The notes below the pieces were generated by a model. That model was not told where the DNA came from. It did not search any database and worked only from the letters and a program-made list of their open reading frames with translations. A stretch of DNA of 64,000 bases, taken from the NCBI GenBank assembly GCA_951406725.2, contig OX597831.1, positions 23,684,001 to 23,748,000 on the forward strand, written 5' to 3'. The DNA comes from Octopus vulgaris (Eukaryota). Both the position numbers and the translations under genes were made by a program. Positions 37,996 through 51,754 of the stretch are shown here, one piece after another; position 1 is the stretch's first letter; each line of letters opens with the position of its first letter.

Positions 37996-39188
37996 ATGCT
38001 ACACACACACACACACACATATACACACATATATATACACACACATATATATATACATATACTTATATGCGCATATACACATACATATACATATGTGTGT
38101 GTGTGTATTTGTGTGTATATATATATGTGTGTGTGCATGCATGTTTGTAAGTATGTATGTATGTATGCATGTAATAAAAGGCACCCAGCACACTCTGTTA
38201 AGGGGTTGGTGTTAGTAAGAGTATCCAGCCACAGAGACCAGGCCACAACTGAGAGTTAGAGTCTGGCCAGCTCCCTGGCTGACCAACTCCATGGCAAACG
38301 GTCCAACACATGCCAGCATGGAGTGCACATGTTAAACAACAATGACGGTGATGATGACGATGGTGGTGATGATGATGATGATGGTGATGATAATGATGAT
38401 GATGATGAATGTATGTGTGTGTGTATGTGCATGCACATGTGAATGTATGTATATTAACTTAGTATTCTGCTTTGTATGAAGATGTCCTGTATACTGAGTC
38501 ATTATGTCTGAAATAGAATTATGGTTAAAGTAAAACACAACTGTGCTTTGAATAACTAAAACATTTTTTTTTTTTTTTTTACTCAGTCGAAATTCGTACA
38601 TAATCATAATTGAGATCAATATAAATTGAATTTGACACTTAAAAATGTCTTGAAGCGTGATTTTAAACTAAAAATGATGAGAACAAAATAATCTAATTTT
38701 ATACATCATGTAACAATGGATTTATTTGAAGGCGATTCGCAAATTGTAACAACTGTTTAATGTAGTTAAAATTTTGTGAAGTTTTAAGCATCAAAAGATA
38801 TTTTCTAAAGTGCAATAATGCCAAAGATGGTATTAATGGCAGGAAAGGTACAAAGGATGGGATTTATTTTTTGGTTTTATTTTCATTTTATTATATTTTA
38901 TTTTATCTTATTTTTATTTACATTTTGCGTTTTGGGTTGTGTGTATGTGTTTGGTTAAGTGGGAAATTTTCAGCAGTTTTCAATTGAAATTTGAATTTCA
39001 TAAACAAGATCACTCCAGAATCCATTATGTATATTATCTGTATTTCTGAAAGGAAGTTTATTATTAGAATGAATTTAAATTTTGCCCCTAAAGTGCCAAC
39101 TTACCTTGTTACATTTAAATAAGTACCTTTGTGTATTAGTCAATAGATAGATAGATAGATAGTTTTATATATACATACATACATACAA

Positions 39189-39249
<61 letters not shown>

Positions 39250-39251
<2 letters not shown>

Positions 39252-39480
39252 ATGGGAATATGGCATAGTAGTTAAGAGCATGGGCTACAAAACCCTAGAT
39301 TCCGAGTTTGATTCAGAATAATGATAATAATAATAAGAAGAAGAAGATGCCTTAGGAATGAGAACTCAAGTTCGAACTTTCTGCAAGACACCTGATAAAG
39401 GCTGGAGGGTATATCAGCCGAAACGTGTTAACAACAAACAAAATGAGGACAAATATCTGTCAAATGTAAATAATGTAAAC
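39250..39480 (+). mobile_element. Family H1 tRNA-headed hammerhead element (copy 2)
   Basis: A-box-like tggcatagtagtta, B-box-like gagtttgattc, AAT/AAG tract, gacac-ctgataa-a-ggctg..cagcc-gaaa-cgtgtt and the same tail as copy 1. Confidence 0.75.
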
Positions 39481-39514
39481 AATACATATATATATAGGTA
39501 GGTAGATAGATGGG

Positions 39515-39593
<79 letters not shown>

Positions 39594-40096
39594 ACAGACA
39601 GACAGACAGCCAGATAGACAGTTGGATGACTAGACTGTTTGATAGATAGGCAAATATGTGTGTGAATGTGTGTGTCTAAGATTACCTAATCATACTCAGA
39701 AACTGTAGCTTAGATTCATGTAACAGGAATATATTTCCAACAAAAAGATATCATAGTAAGGGAACAGGAATTAGAATGAAGGTGATAGTCCATCGTGGCT
39801 GCAGTCCAATAACTTAAACCTGTATAAAATAAGGATGAAATAAGGTGTTTAAAAATACTGATTGTAATATAAAAATATGCCCATGGTATATATCTAGATG
39901 GGAACTGAACAAAACCCATTGTGTGTGTGTGTGTTTTTGTCCCCCCAACACTACTTGACAGCCAACGCTGGTGTGTTTACATCCCAGTAACTTAGTGGTT
40001 TAGTAAGAAAGAATAATAGAATAAGTACCAGGCTTAACAAAAACTTAGTTCTGGGCTCAATTAATTTGACTAAAATCCTTCAAGGTGGTGTCCCAG

Positions 40097-40185
40097 CATG
40101 GCACCTTGGGCAAGTGTCTTCTACTATAGCCTCAGGCCGACAAAAGCCTTGTGAGTGGATTTGGTAAACTGAAATAAGCCCATTG

Positions 40186-40222
<37 letters not shown>

Positions 40223-40482
40223 ATATATGTATGTGTGTGTATATATGTGTGTGTATATATGTGTCTGTATATGTTTATGTATCTGTGTTTGTCCCCACCA
40301 CATCAGTTGAGAACCCATGCTGGTGTGTTTACATGCCCGTAACTTAGCAGTTCAGTGAAAGAGATTGGTAGAATAAGTACTAAGCTTACAAAGATTAAGT
40401 CTTGGGGTCGATTTGCTTGACTAAAGGCAGTGCTCCAGCATGGCCACAGTTAAATGACTGAAACAAGTAAAAGAATAAAAGG
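40097..40482 (+). mobile_element. SINE A fragments in tandem (with 39895-40100)
   Basis: Two headless copies joined at gcatggc. Confidence 0.75.
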
Positions 40483-42029
40483 ATGAAAAAAAACTGCATG
40501 CATGTATATACGCTCCACACACACACACACATACACACACAACCCATGGTGCTTCATACAGTTTCCATGTACCAAATTGAATTCAAAGGGGTTTGCCCAA
40601 TCCAAGGTGACTTACAGCGGCATCAAACTTTGAAGCGCATTGTTTGCAAAGTAAAACTTCTAAATGATGCAGTTTTGCTGTTCCATTCCTGTCATTCTTC
40701 AACACTTACCATGTTATTGGAATTAGTTTTTTTTTTATGGATCTTGGAGGGATGAAAAGCGAAAACAATCATATCTGGAGGGGATAATTCGATTAAATTG
40801 ATCCCACATCTTCCAGATGCTTATTTTATTGACTTCGGAAAAATTTTTTAAAAATACAAGAAAACAAATTCAACCAGGGTGAAATTTTGGAATTCCAATT
40901 GTAACAAAGCAGAAAATGCTAGCCACAAGGTATTTAACGGTTTGCTATTTCTACCACATTAATGATGATGACGATGATGATAATGATGATGATGATCATC
41001 ATAGCAGCTGTAATAATAACAATAATAATAGTAATAAATATTCACTATAACCGTCGGTAAGATTTAACAAAACCACAACAACACTACATTCTGTAAGAAT
41101 CTATTGATTTCTATTGTATATCCTATCCTGCTATCTTTTAGAAGGAAGAATATTGAGAAGAGACTGGATTTTAATGCCTTCCTCTTTTTCAATTTCTCCA
41201 GCGAACAATTTACATTTGTTTAGTGTTCAAACATTTTATCTATTTGTTTGCTATTCCTACAAAAATTCTCAATGTGTGACTTGCTATTAATACTAAAACT
41301 GATTGAAAGTATCTCAGACAACTGGTTGAAGCAGTTAATGTTTACATCCCATTACCCGAATCACTGTTTAGATAACGGAGAATATTACTCTTATTGGCAT
41401 AATCTGAAATCTCTATGTGGTTGTTTGATGCACTGGAAATAGCAAGTAGATCTCTGTTAAATTTCTGTACTGTCTTTAGAAATAATGGAAGGATACATTT
41501 AGCAAAGTTGTCCTAGATATATGTGAAGGTTCATGGGCTCAGTGGTTAGAGCATCAGGCTCATAATCATGAGGTAGTGAGTTTAATTTCCAGACGAGGAT
41601 GTGTGTTGTATTCTTGAGCAAGACACTTTATTTCATGTTGCTCTGCTGTAGAAATGAGTTGCAACATCACTGTTGCCAAGCATTATCTCATAGCATGGAG
41701 ATTTTGATAGTGCAACTGTTTATTTTGTAGAGTAAGTATGAGAGATCAGATCTGGCCCATTTGTAGATTATTTTGGCTGGATAAAGGCTGGTTTAAATGC
41801 TAAGGAGTTAAGCAAGCCAATCTAATGAGAGTACTTCTGTGCAAGCATTCATTCTGCTAGAAACAGCAGCTAAATCACCCCTTATTTTACCCTTGCCATC
41901 TTAAAGACAAAAAACATATTGGATAATTTTCTCTGTCAGATTGCATGAAGTATGAAATGCTTTACTTCACTATTGAAATATAGGTATTGAAAATGGTTTA
42001 GTTCTAGAAAATGATGGAATGAAAACATA

Positions 42030-42462
42030 GGCGCAGGAGTGGCTGTATGGTAAGTAGATTGCTAACCAGCCACATGGTTCCGGGTTCAGTCCCACTGCGT
42101 GGCATCTTGGGCAAGTGTCTTCTGCTATAGTCCCGGGCCGACCAATGCCTTGTGAGTGGATTTGGTAGACGGAAACTGAAAGAAGCCTGTCGTATATATG
42201 TATATATATATATATATATGTGTGTGTGTATGTGTTTGTGTGTGTATATGTTTGTGTGTTTGTGTTTGTCCCCCTAGCATTGCTTGACAACCGATGCTGG
42301 TATGTTTACGTCCCCGTCACTTAGCGGTTCGGCAAAAGAGACCGATAGAATAAGTACTGGGCTTACAAAGAATAAAGTCCCGGGGTCGATTTGCTCGACT
42401 AAAGGTGGTGCTCCAGCATGGCTGCAGTCAAATGACTGAAACAAGTAAAAGAGTAAAAGAGT
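42030..42462 (+). mobile_element. SINE family A (young)
   Basis: Full length, CpG intact, (gtaaaaga)n tail. Confidence 0.9.
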
Positions 42463-42815
42463 ATAGTTACTTGAATAAAAGAATAAATGACAGAATGTAG
42501 TACAGAAAGCTGTTACGTTTCTTGGAAACAAATAGTCTCACTTATAAGCACTCACACAAACACACATGCAATCTATCTCTCTTTCTCTTCTGTCTGTCTT
42601 ACTCTCTCTCTCTCTCGCCTTCCCACTCTCTCTCCTCCTCTCTTTGCTCCTCCCACCCTCTATCTCTTTTCAAAGAGATTTATGAGAAAAATTCTGCTTC
42701 ATGTTCGGTAGTGAGACTTATTTATTGAACATGGAACATCTGCAAATGCTGGAGAGAAAATTGTCAAGTTATCTATAGATTTCTAATTAGGGTTGGAATT
42801 ACAAAATGTAGTGTT

Positions 42816-43200
42816 CATCATCATCATCATCATTTAACGTCCGTTCTCCATGCTAGCATGGGTTGGACGGTTCGACCGGGGTTCTGGGAAGCCAGAAGGC
42901 TGCACCAGGCTCCAGTCTAATCTGGCAATGTTTCTACAGCTGGATGCCCTTCCTAACGCCAACCACTCCGTGAGTGTAGTGGGTGCTTTTTACGTGCCAC
43001 CTGCACAGGTGCCAGGCGAGGCTGGCAACGGCCACGGTCAGATTGGTGTATTTTATGTGCCACCAGCACGGAAGCCAGTCGAGGCGGAGCTGGCATCGGC
43101 CACGAGTCGGATAGTGCTTTTTACATACCACCAGACCAGGGATCCTGGCTGGTTCAATTCGATTTCGATTTCGCTTGCCCCAACATGTCTTCACAAGCTA
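42816..43200 (-). mobile_element. Family D retroposon
   Basis: (CAT)n followed by the D body. Confidence 0.8.
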
Positions 43201-43747
43201 AACTAAAAAAAAAAAAATGAATGGGAGAATTCCAGACACCAATATGTTGCCTCTGTTTGAAGCAAACTAGCTTTTCTTGGTACAGAAGGCAGACTCTATG
43301 ACATATGAGTATGTGTGATGTTATAGGGTGTTTGGTAAGACGTAAGCATTGTATTTGAAAGATCTGTAAATGCTAGAGAAAACAAGAGTCGAGTATGTTC
43401 TGTTTAATATATAATATTGGTTTCAAATTTTGGCACAAGAGCAACAATTTCAGGAACGGGGTAAGTTGATTACAGCAACACCAATATCCAACTGGTACTT
43501 ATTTTATTGACCCTGACAGTTGTAGGAGTGGCTGTATGGTAAGTAGCTTGCTTACCAACCACATGGTTCCGGGTTCAGTCCCACTGTGTGGAACCTTGGG
43601 CAAGTGTCTTCTACTATAGCCTTGGGCCTACCAAAGCCTTGTGAATGGATTTGGTAGATGGAAACTGAAAGAAGCCCATTGTATATATGTATATATACGT
43701 AATACGTAATATATTTACGTAACATATTACATGAGACTAAGATACTC

Positions 43748-44612
43748 AGCGAGCAGAATCATTAGCACGCAGACTCAAAGGTGGTGAGCAGGCAGAATTG
43801 TTAGCACACCAGATGAAATGCTTAGTGGTATTTCGTCTGCCGTCAGGTTCTGAGTTCAAATTCCGCCAAGGTCAACTTTGCCTTTCATCCTTTTGGGGTT
43901 TATAAATTAAGTACCACTTATGCACTGGGGTCGATGTAATCAACTTAATCCATTTGTCTGTCCTTGTTTGTCCCCTCTATGTTTAGCCCCTTGTGGGTAA
44001 TAAAAAAATAAGAAACGTTAGCATGCTGGGCGAAATGCTTAGCGGTATTTTGTCTGCCATTCCGTTCTGAGTTCAAATTCCGCCGAGGTCAACTTTGCCT
44101 TTCATCCTTTCAGGGTCGATTAAATAAGTACCAGTTATGCACTGGGATCGATATAATCGACTTAATCCGTTTGTCTGTCCTTGTTTGTCCTCTCAGTGTT
44201 TAGCCCCTTGTGGGTAGTAAAGAAATAGGTATTTCGTCTGCCGTTGCGTTCTGAGTTCAAATTCCGGCAAGGTCAACTTTGCCTTTCATCCTTTTGGGGT
44301 CTATAAATTAAGTACCAGTTACGCACTGGGGTCAATGTAATTGACTTAATCCCTTTGTCTGTCCTTGTTTGTCCCCTCTATGTTTAGCTCCTTGTGGGCA
44401 TTAAAGAAATAAGAAACGTTAGCACACAGAACAAAATACCTAACTGCATTTCGTCTGTCTTTACGTCTTGAATTCAAATTCTGCCGAATTTGACTTTGCC
44501 TTTCACCCTTTCATGGTTGATGGAATAAGTACCAGCTGAACACAGGCATCAATGTAATCGACTTACTTACTTCTTTATAGTTACTGGCCTCATGCCAAAA
44601 TTTGACATCAAT
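43748..44612 (+). mobile_element. Tandem array of four SINE B copies
   Basis: Young-tail copies at ~43780, 44011 and 44228, followed by an old-tail copy at ~44411. Confidence 0.85.
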
Positions 44613-45060
44613 ATTAACATGAGATAGAGAACACAACAGAGCTGAATCACTAACTGGAACTTTCAAAGAATTAGCTAATATTTACAGGAATTATGGACTG
44701 TACTGCAATGGGCATCTATCAAATGATGCTATACTGCTTCAGCAAGACTGTATTAATTGATATTGAATAATGAACATTCAAATCACAATAATGATTATGA
44801 TGATTATATGAATTCATAATATTGATGTGATGCTATATCTTATTAGTTAATTAATTACTAGTTCATAGTAAGCGATGATTTAATAGTAAGCGATGATTTA
44901 ATACAAATTTGAAATACCTTTGATATATTCTGAAAAGCTTGTTTAGATATGTCATGGGGCTGCAGCGTGGCAGATTGTGAAAAGGTAGTGGAAGAGCTCA
45001 CCTGAGCCAATGGTGCTTCTTACTTTGATGCTGAGCAAAGAAATCCTAGAAGATGAATGG

Positions 45061-45373
45061 CTTTATCTTTTTGTTTGTTCTTTCTCGAGCCTGCTAGGCT
45101 CATAAGGGCCGGTTTCCCGGTTTCCTTGGCATATAGGTTCCCCACCTGGATGGGACGCCGGTCCATCGCAAGTGAGCTGTAAGATGCAAGAGGAAAGAGC
45201 GAGAGAAAGTTGTGGCGAAAGAGTCAGCAGAATTTCGCCATTACCTTCTGCTAGAACCGCGTGGAGCTTAGGTGTTTTGCTCATAAACACACATATTGCC
45301 CGGTCTGAGATTCAAACCCACGATCCCTTAATCGCGAGTCTGCTGCTCTAACCACTAGGCCATGCACCTCCAC
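45061..45373 (-). mobile_element. SINE family C, tail type 2 (V-domain-like)
   Basis: Family C head and tail gatggaccggcgtcccatccaggtgggg. TSD agaagatgaa(t/c)gg at 45048-45060 and 45376-45388. Confidence 0.8.
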
Positions 45374-46084
45374 AAAGAAGATGAACGGTCAGCACCATGA
45401 AGCCCTATCAAGAGAGTACCTGCAATGCTACCACAGGGGTGGTGTCCCTGGTTGTGTAATCAGCTAATGAAAGATTCATAATGATTCAATCTCTCAATTC
45501 AAATTCCTAATTATGGAATTGGATGGTAACAGAGAGTCATGGGAACTCATAGAAGCAGTGGAAAGAAAAATTATATATAATAACATTGTAAAGTGATAAG
45601 AGAAGCAATCTGTCTTATTTGGCCAAAGGAAACAGATCACAATATTCTTATCCATTTTAACAAATATCTTTCAAACTATTCTATTGTTAGTAGTAAAGTG
45701 GGCTGGTAAATATTTAATGTAGTGATTCAAAGCATTTTTTAATGAATTAAAATAACAGCCATAGTAATGAGAAGAAAAATCATTATTTTAATGAGTGATT
45801 TCTCTTTAAGAAATGCAAAGGAAGCCAACACCGAATTTAAATTGAATTGATTGATTAAATATAGAATGCTGTAGGAAGTGAATCTGATCTTTGGAAAATA
45901 TGCTGATGTTTCTGGGAATATTTTGGTATCATTTAGTCTCCACAGTGACTCATAATCTAAATGTACTGCTAAATTTTGGAAGGACGAGAAAAGATAAAGA
46001 AGTTTTGGGAATGAACTGAGGGTGAGGATAACTAAAAGGAATATTGCGTGCGTGAGTATGTATACATAGATACATACATATATA

Positions 46085-46486
46085 CTCTTTTTACTCTTTT
46101 ACTTGTTTCAGTCATTTGACTGCGGCCATGCTGGAGCACCGCCTTTAGTCGAGTAACTCGACCCCGGGTCTTATCCTTTTTGTAAGCCCAGTACTTATTC
46201 TATCGGTCTCTTTTTGCCGAACTGCTAAGTGATGGGGACGTAAACACACCAGCATCGGTTGTCAAGCAATGCTAGGGTAACAAACACAGACACACAAACA
46301 CACACACATACATATATATATATACATATATACGACAGGCTTCTTTCAGTTTCCGTCTACCAAATCCACTCACAAGGCATTGGTCGGCCCGGGGCTATAG
46401 CAGAAGACACTTGCCCAAGATGCCACGCGGTGGGACTGAACCCGGAACCATGTGGTTGGTTAGCAAGCTAATTACTACGCAGCCAC
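46085..46486 (-). mobile_element. SINE family A (young)
   Basis: Full-length reverse copy. Confidence 0.9.
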
Positions 46487-46535
46487 ATACATCTGTCTGT
46501 CTGTCTGCCTGTCTGCCTGTCTGTCTGTCTGTCTG

Positions 46536-46590
<55 letters not shown>

Positions 46591-46592
46591 GT

Positions 46593-46901
46593 GGAGGCGC
46601 AATGGCCCAGTGGTTAGGGCAGCGGACTCGCGGTCGTAGGATCGCGGTTTCGATTCCCAGACTGGGCGTTGTGAGTGTTTATTGAGCGAAAACACCTAAA
46701 AAAGCTCCACGAGGCTCCGGCAGGGGGTGGTGGCGATCCCTGCTGTACTCTTTCGCCTCAACTTTCTCTCACCCTTTCTTCTGTTGGCCTGCTCGCTTAG
46801 CCAGCGGGGTGGCGTCATTTGAAGGCTAAAACAATGCGAAGCGCATTGTGACCAGCGATGTGTAACAACATCTGATGGCCTGGTCGGTCACGGGGATCAC
46901 G

Positions 46902-46904
<3 letters not shown>
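46593..46904 (+). mobile_element. SINE family C, tail type 3
   Basis: Matches the head and body of 5474 up to ~46780, then has an unrelated tail ctgttggcctgctcgcttagcc...gatcacggtg. Confidence 0.8.
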
Positions 46905-46948
<44 letters not shown>

Positions 46949-47918
46949 ATGTATGTATGTATATGTACATATATTATCCAAAATGTACAGTATTATATAT
47001 ATTTCATGGCCGATCTCACCAACTAGTTTTGCACCAAGAATTCAATGGAGTGTTAGGTAACAATCTAGTTTTGTAACCCTGTGCTCACCAGAGGCAGACA
47101 ACTTATACATACACACACACACACAAACATGTATACATATATATATGGAATGAACAAACATGTATATATGCTATTATATTACCATTTACTATATTTCGTT
47201 TTGGGATTTGATTTGCAAGATTCTTGATGTGAGTTCATGTGTTGAAGCATATTCTGTTGTGTCTGGGGAGAGTTGTTCTCTTTTGGTGCCTTATAACAGA
47301 TCAACATTTGAATATGAAAGTAAACAGATCAACATACAGACTGATAGTTACAAAGGTTATATGAACAAACAAGCACACATATGCAAATGAAGACTGAAAC
47401 ACATGACCATCTATACACACACACTTTACTTCACACATGGACACATGTGGAGACACACGTCCACACAGATGGAGATGCACATCCATACACACAAACACAG
47501 TACATAGTTGCAAAACACACACACACACACACATACTCAGACATGTACACACAAGGAGACAGAGATATACACACACATATACAAACACACACACAAACAT
47601 GGACATGCAAACACATGAATATGCAGAATACATACATACAAATGTACACAAATAGGTAGATACATATGCACACACATACATGCATACACACACATGCATA
47701 GATATATGCATGCATGCATGTATATGCACACACACACACACACTGATCCACACACATGTGCACAAACAAACAAAAAGGAATGCAGTGAGAGTAATGGACA
47801 CAGTCAAAACTATTGAAAAATTTTAGGAAAATAAAAATAAGTGGAAATTTTACTTGTCTGTGTGTTAAATTATAAGGCAGTAAAAGAGAATGACTCTCCC
47901 CAGACACAGCAGTATATG

Positions 47919-47979
<61 letters not shown>

Positions 47980-48031
47980 TTCAAAATGTAACCACATGTG
48001 GATCGTTGGCAATTTTTTTCCTCTGTCTCCT

Positions 48032-48066
48032 GTTTCTGATGAAGAGCTTTGCTTGAAATGTGAAAC
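48032..48066 (+). ncRNA. Minimal hammerhead motif (family H2), cleavage triplet mutated
   Basis: The sequence reads gttt-CTGATGA-a-gagc-ttt-gctt-GAAA-tg-tg-aaac. Confidence 0.6.
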
Positions 48067-48109
48067 TACCTTTCTTTCCTAGCCTGAGAATCTGCTAATA
48101 CTTTGCATG

Positions 48110-48220
48110 TACCATGTCCAAAGAACACATCTCCTACTGTTGTAAACATGTGGCCCTCACTTTCCCAGGAATCTCCAGTAAGTGTTATAGAGTACTTTAT
48201 TCTCCTTCAGTAGCCATATT
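48110..48220 (-). mobile_element. Penelope-like GIY-YIG endonuclease C-terminal fragment
   Basis: Reads KIWLLKENKVLYNTYWRFL...YNSRRCVL and is highly similar in DNA to 51465-51537. Confidence 0.65.
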
Positions 48221-48229
48221 TTGGGGGAT

Positions 48230-48282
<53 letters not shown>

Positions 48283-48844
48283 CGAATAAGCATGTATAAA
48301 TGGTATTATATTATCATTTACAAAAACAAGTTACATAAAACCATAAATATAACAAGCTAAGCCAAAATTTATTCCTAGGTTGTTCTTTACAGCTGTTTCA
48401 AAAATTCAGTGACTGGTTGATGCTATAACACGTATTGTGTAAATGAATGTGCATACTGATGCCGTGGTACACATCAAACAAACAGAAATTATTATGGACA
48501 CATAAACATGAAATCTCAAAATATCTAAGCCAGTGGCTTTGAAATGCTGACTTTTTTTTTTCATAAGAAGAAGGAGTGGCAAAAGCACAATTCCTTTAGT
48601 AGCAAACTAGTATTTAAGAGCATGAACACATTAAAAGAAAGAGGGAAGATAAAAGAAGAGGAGGTTAGCAATGGCGAGGTGAAAATAGTGATAATAAGAA
48701 AGGTTGGCGAGTCTAGAGTAATAAGATGTAAGGAAAGTGAAAGAGAAAAAGAAGTGGGCATAAATATGAGAAAAAAGAAAGATAAAAGAAAAGTGGAAAA
48801 AATATCATGAAAAGGCTATAATCGGTTAGAAGGAATATACATGG

Positions 48845-48878
<34 letters not shown>

Positions 48879-48942
48879 TACTGTGCTTGAGATTGCAGTG
48901 GTGCAAAGCTAGAGTTGCAAAACATACTCTTAGTTTAAGTTC

Positions 48943-48944
<2 letters not shown>

Positions 48945-48973
<29 letters not shown>

Positions 48974-49557
48974 TGTATGTATGTATGTATGTATGTATGT
49001 ATGTATGTATGTATTATGTATGTATGTAAGTATGTATTATGTATGTATGTAAGTATGTATGTATGTATGCATGTATGTATGTATGTATGTATGTATGTAT
49101 GTATTATGTATGTATGTAAGTATGTATGTATGTATGTATGTATGTATTATGTATGTATGTATGTATGTATGTATTATGTATGTATGTATGTATGTATGTA
49201 TGTATTATGTATGTATGTAAGTATGTATGTATGTATGTATTATGTATTTATGTATGTATGTATGTATGTATGTATGTATGTATGTATGTATGTATGTATG
49301 TATGTATGTATGTATGTATGTATGTATGTATGTATGTATGTATGTATGTATGTATTATGTATGTATGCATGCATGTATGTATGTATGTATGTATGTATGT
49401 ATGTATGTATGTATTATGTATGTATGTATGTATGTATGTATGTATGTATGTATGTATGTATGTATGTATGTATGTATGTATGTATGTATGTATGTATGTA
49501 TGTATGTATGTATGTATGTATGTATGTATGTATGTATTATGTATGTATGTAAGTATG

Positions 49558-49588
<31 letters not shown>

Positions 49589-49716
49589 GTATGTATGTAT
49601 GTATGTATGTATGTATGTATGTATGTATGTATGTATGTATGTATGTATGTATGTATGTATGTATGTATATATGTATGTATGTATGTATGTATTATGTATT
49701 TATGTATGTATGTATG

Positions 49717-49750
<34 letters not shown>

Positions 49751-49996
49751 TGTATTATGTATGTATGTAAGTATGTATGTATGTATGTATGTATGTATGT
49801 ATGTATGTATGTATGTATGTATGTATGTATGTATGTATGTATGTATGTATGTATGTATGTATGTATGTATGTATGTATGTATGTATGTATGTATTATGTA
49901 TGTATGTATGTATGTATGTAAGTATGTATGTATGTATGCATGCATGTATGTATGTATGTATGTACGTATGTATGTATGTACGTATGTATGTATGTA
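48945..49996. repeat. ~1 kb (TATG)n tetranucleotide array
   Basis: Seen directly, with recurring tattatg and taagtatg variants. Confidence 0.98.
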
Positions 49997-50188
49997 TGAA
50001 GGGGTGCTGAAAAGTTCCTGATTTCAAGGGTATTGTGAAAGGTCAGCCTTTCGAGTTCTTTTACAGGACTTACTGAAGGACCTGCAACAAGTGTGTGAAT
50101 CTGAGAGAGGAAAATGTTGAATAAAATCACAATAAATTGATCCTCCTGTATTTTCTTTTACCCAAAGCCAGGAACTTTTCAGCACTCC

Positions 50189-50192
<4 letters not shown>
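49997..50192 (+). mobile_element. mariner-derived MITE
   Basis: TA-flanked TIR tgaaggggtgctgaaaagttcctg / caggaacttttcagcactccttca. The internal remnant KCVNLREENVE* resembles the mariner C-terminus. Confidence 0.8.
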
Positions 50193-50224
<32 letters not shown>

Positions 50225-50430
50225 CTGAGTGGTTAGGGAGCTTGCTTCCTAGCTACATGGTTTCGGGTTCAGTCCCACTGCATGGCACTTTGGGCAGGTG
50301 TCTTCCACTATAGCCCCGAGCCGACAGAAGCTTTGTGATTGAATTCGGTAGGCGGAAGTTACTGCCGTGTGTGTATATGTGCGTGTAGATGCTCAGTGCC
50401 TCTCTGAAAGAGAGAGAGGGATATATATAT

Positions 50431-50540
50431 ATATAAGAGTTTTTTGCGTAATAAGATAAAAAAACCCATGGCTGTATAGATATTAATATCTATACACCCT
50501 TGGTTTTTTTTTATCTCATTACGCAAAAAACTCTTATATA
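50431..50540. repeat. Near-perfect palindrome
   Basis: aagagttttttgcgtaat...gatattaatatc...attacgcaaaaaactctt. Confidence 0.9.
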
Positions 50541-50674
50541 CACACGCTGATATAGAACCAACGTTGAACCCTTTATTCGCAATATTACCGAATCTGGAAC
50601 TTAACTATGGTCTGTCTATAGCACTTATTCAGCATTACCTGACACCTTTGGGTCTCAATAACACCATTATCTCT

Positions 50675-50780
<106 letters not shown>

Positions 50781-51317
50781 CAGACAGGCAGACAGGCAGA
50801 CAGATAGATAGACAGATATATATTATTTATACAGTATTAAAAATATAAATTCATAGCAGCATATATCACACATTGCTTTCTAAAGAGGGAAGTGTAATTT
50901 AACAGTCATCCGTCATGGCTAATCAGAAGAAAATATCTTTGGCTCATTTCCTACTGAAGATCTGAATACTCTTCATCCAGTTTATGAGTTCCAAAGAGAT
51001 TTCGAAGAAGAAAAAGCAATAAAAACCAAAGCTGATAAAAGACAAGGTCCCATTAGATTTATATTACATTGGTCCCATTAGATTTATATTACTTAGATAA
51101 GTCACTGACCTTTGTGTCAGCATTCAAATGGTGATTGTCCATACCAGATTTTGTGTGTGTGATTCTGTAAGGATGAGGAGCTAAAGGTGAGTGAAAAGTG
51201 TAAAGCGGAGAAAAATAGATGGGAGAGGTATATTTAAATGCTTGGTATGGGACAAAGACACAACTTTTAACAGTCAAATGGGCAAAATCCAGATCTTACT
51301 GCTCGGAAGAAACTGAC

Positions 51318-51620
51318 CAGTTGGTCAAAATATATTTCTGAGTATGTGAACAAGAGGAGAAAATTTCATATCAAGAGTTCAGGAAGGTTCCTGAGTAGAG
51401 TGAATTCTTCATGACAATACTTTTTACTAGTTAACAAAGAACACAACTCCTAGACATGTAGTAGACATGTGGCCATCACTTTCTCAGGAATCTCCAGTTA
51501 GTGTTATAGAGTACTTGATTTTCCTTCAATAGTCATAAGTATCTTGCCAAGCTTGTGATGTTATGTCTTTCCTGGATCATAGAGAAGAAGCATGCAATTA
51601 TTTAGTCTCAACTTGAAAGG
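51318..51620 (-). mobile_element. Penelope-like element relic (GIY-YIG endonuclease C-terminus)
   Basis: Reads TSLARYL*LLKEN..W..SCVLC*LVK..FLNS*YEIFSSCSHTQKYILTNW. This matches the TxLSxxIWxLK / CxLCxxEK / LLNxRxExxSxCxH pattern of Penelope-type endonucleases. Confidence 0.7.
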
Positions 51621-51754
51621 AGTTTCCTAAGCGCTAACATATCTATGTATATACCCTCCTCCCCCTCATCATCATAATCATCATCACCATCAGCACCACT
51701 GCCAATACTACAGTTAAGAGTTTACTACAAGAAACAGTACATTTCTTTAACTAG

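Noticed and set aside
48845-50130. Long ORFs of 200+ aa (MYVC repeats)
   Set aside because: They are translations of the (TATG)n microsatellite.
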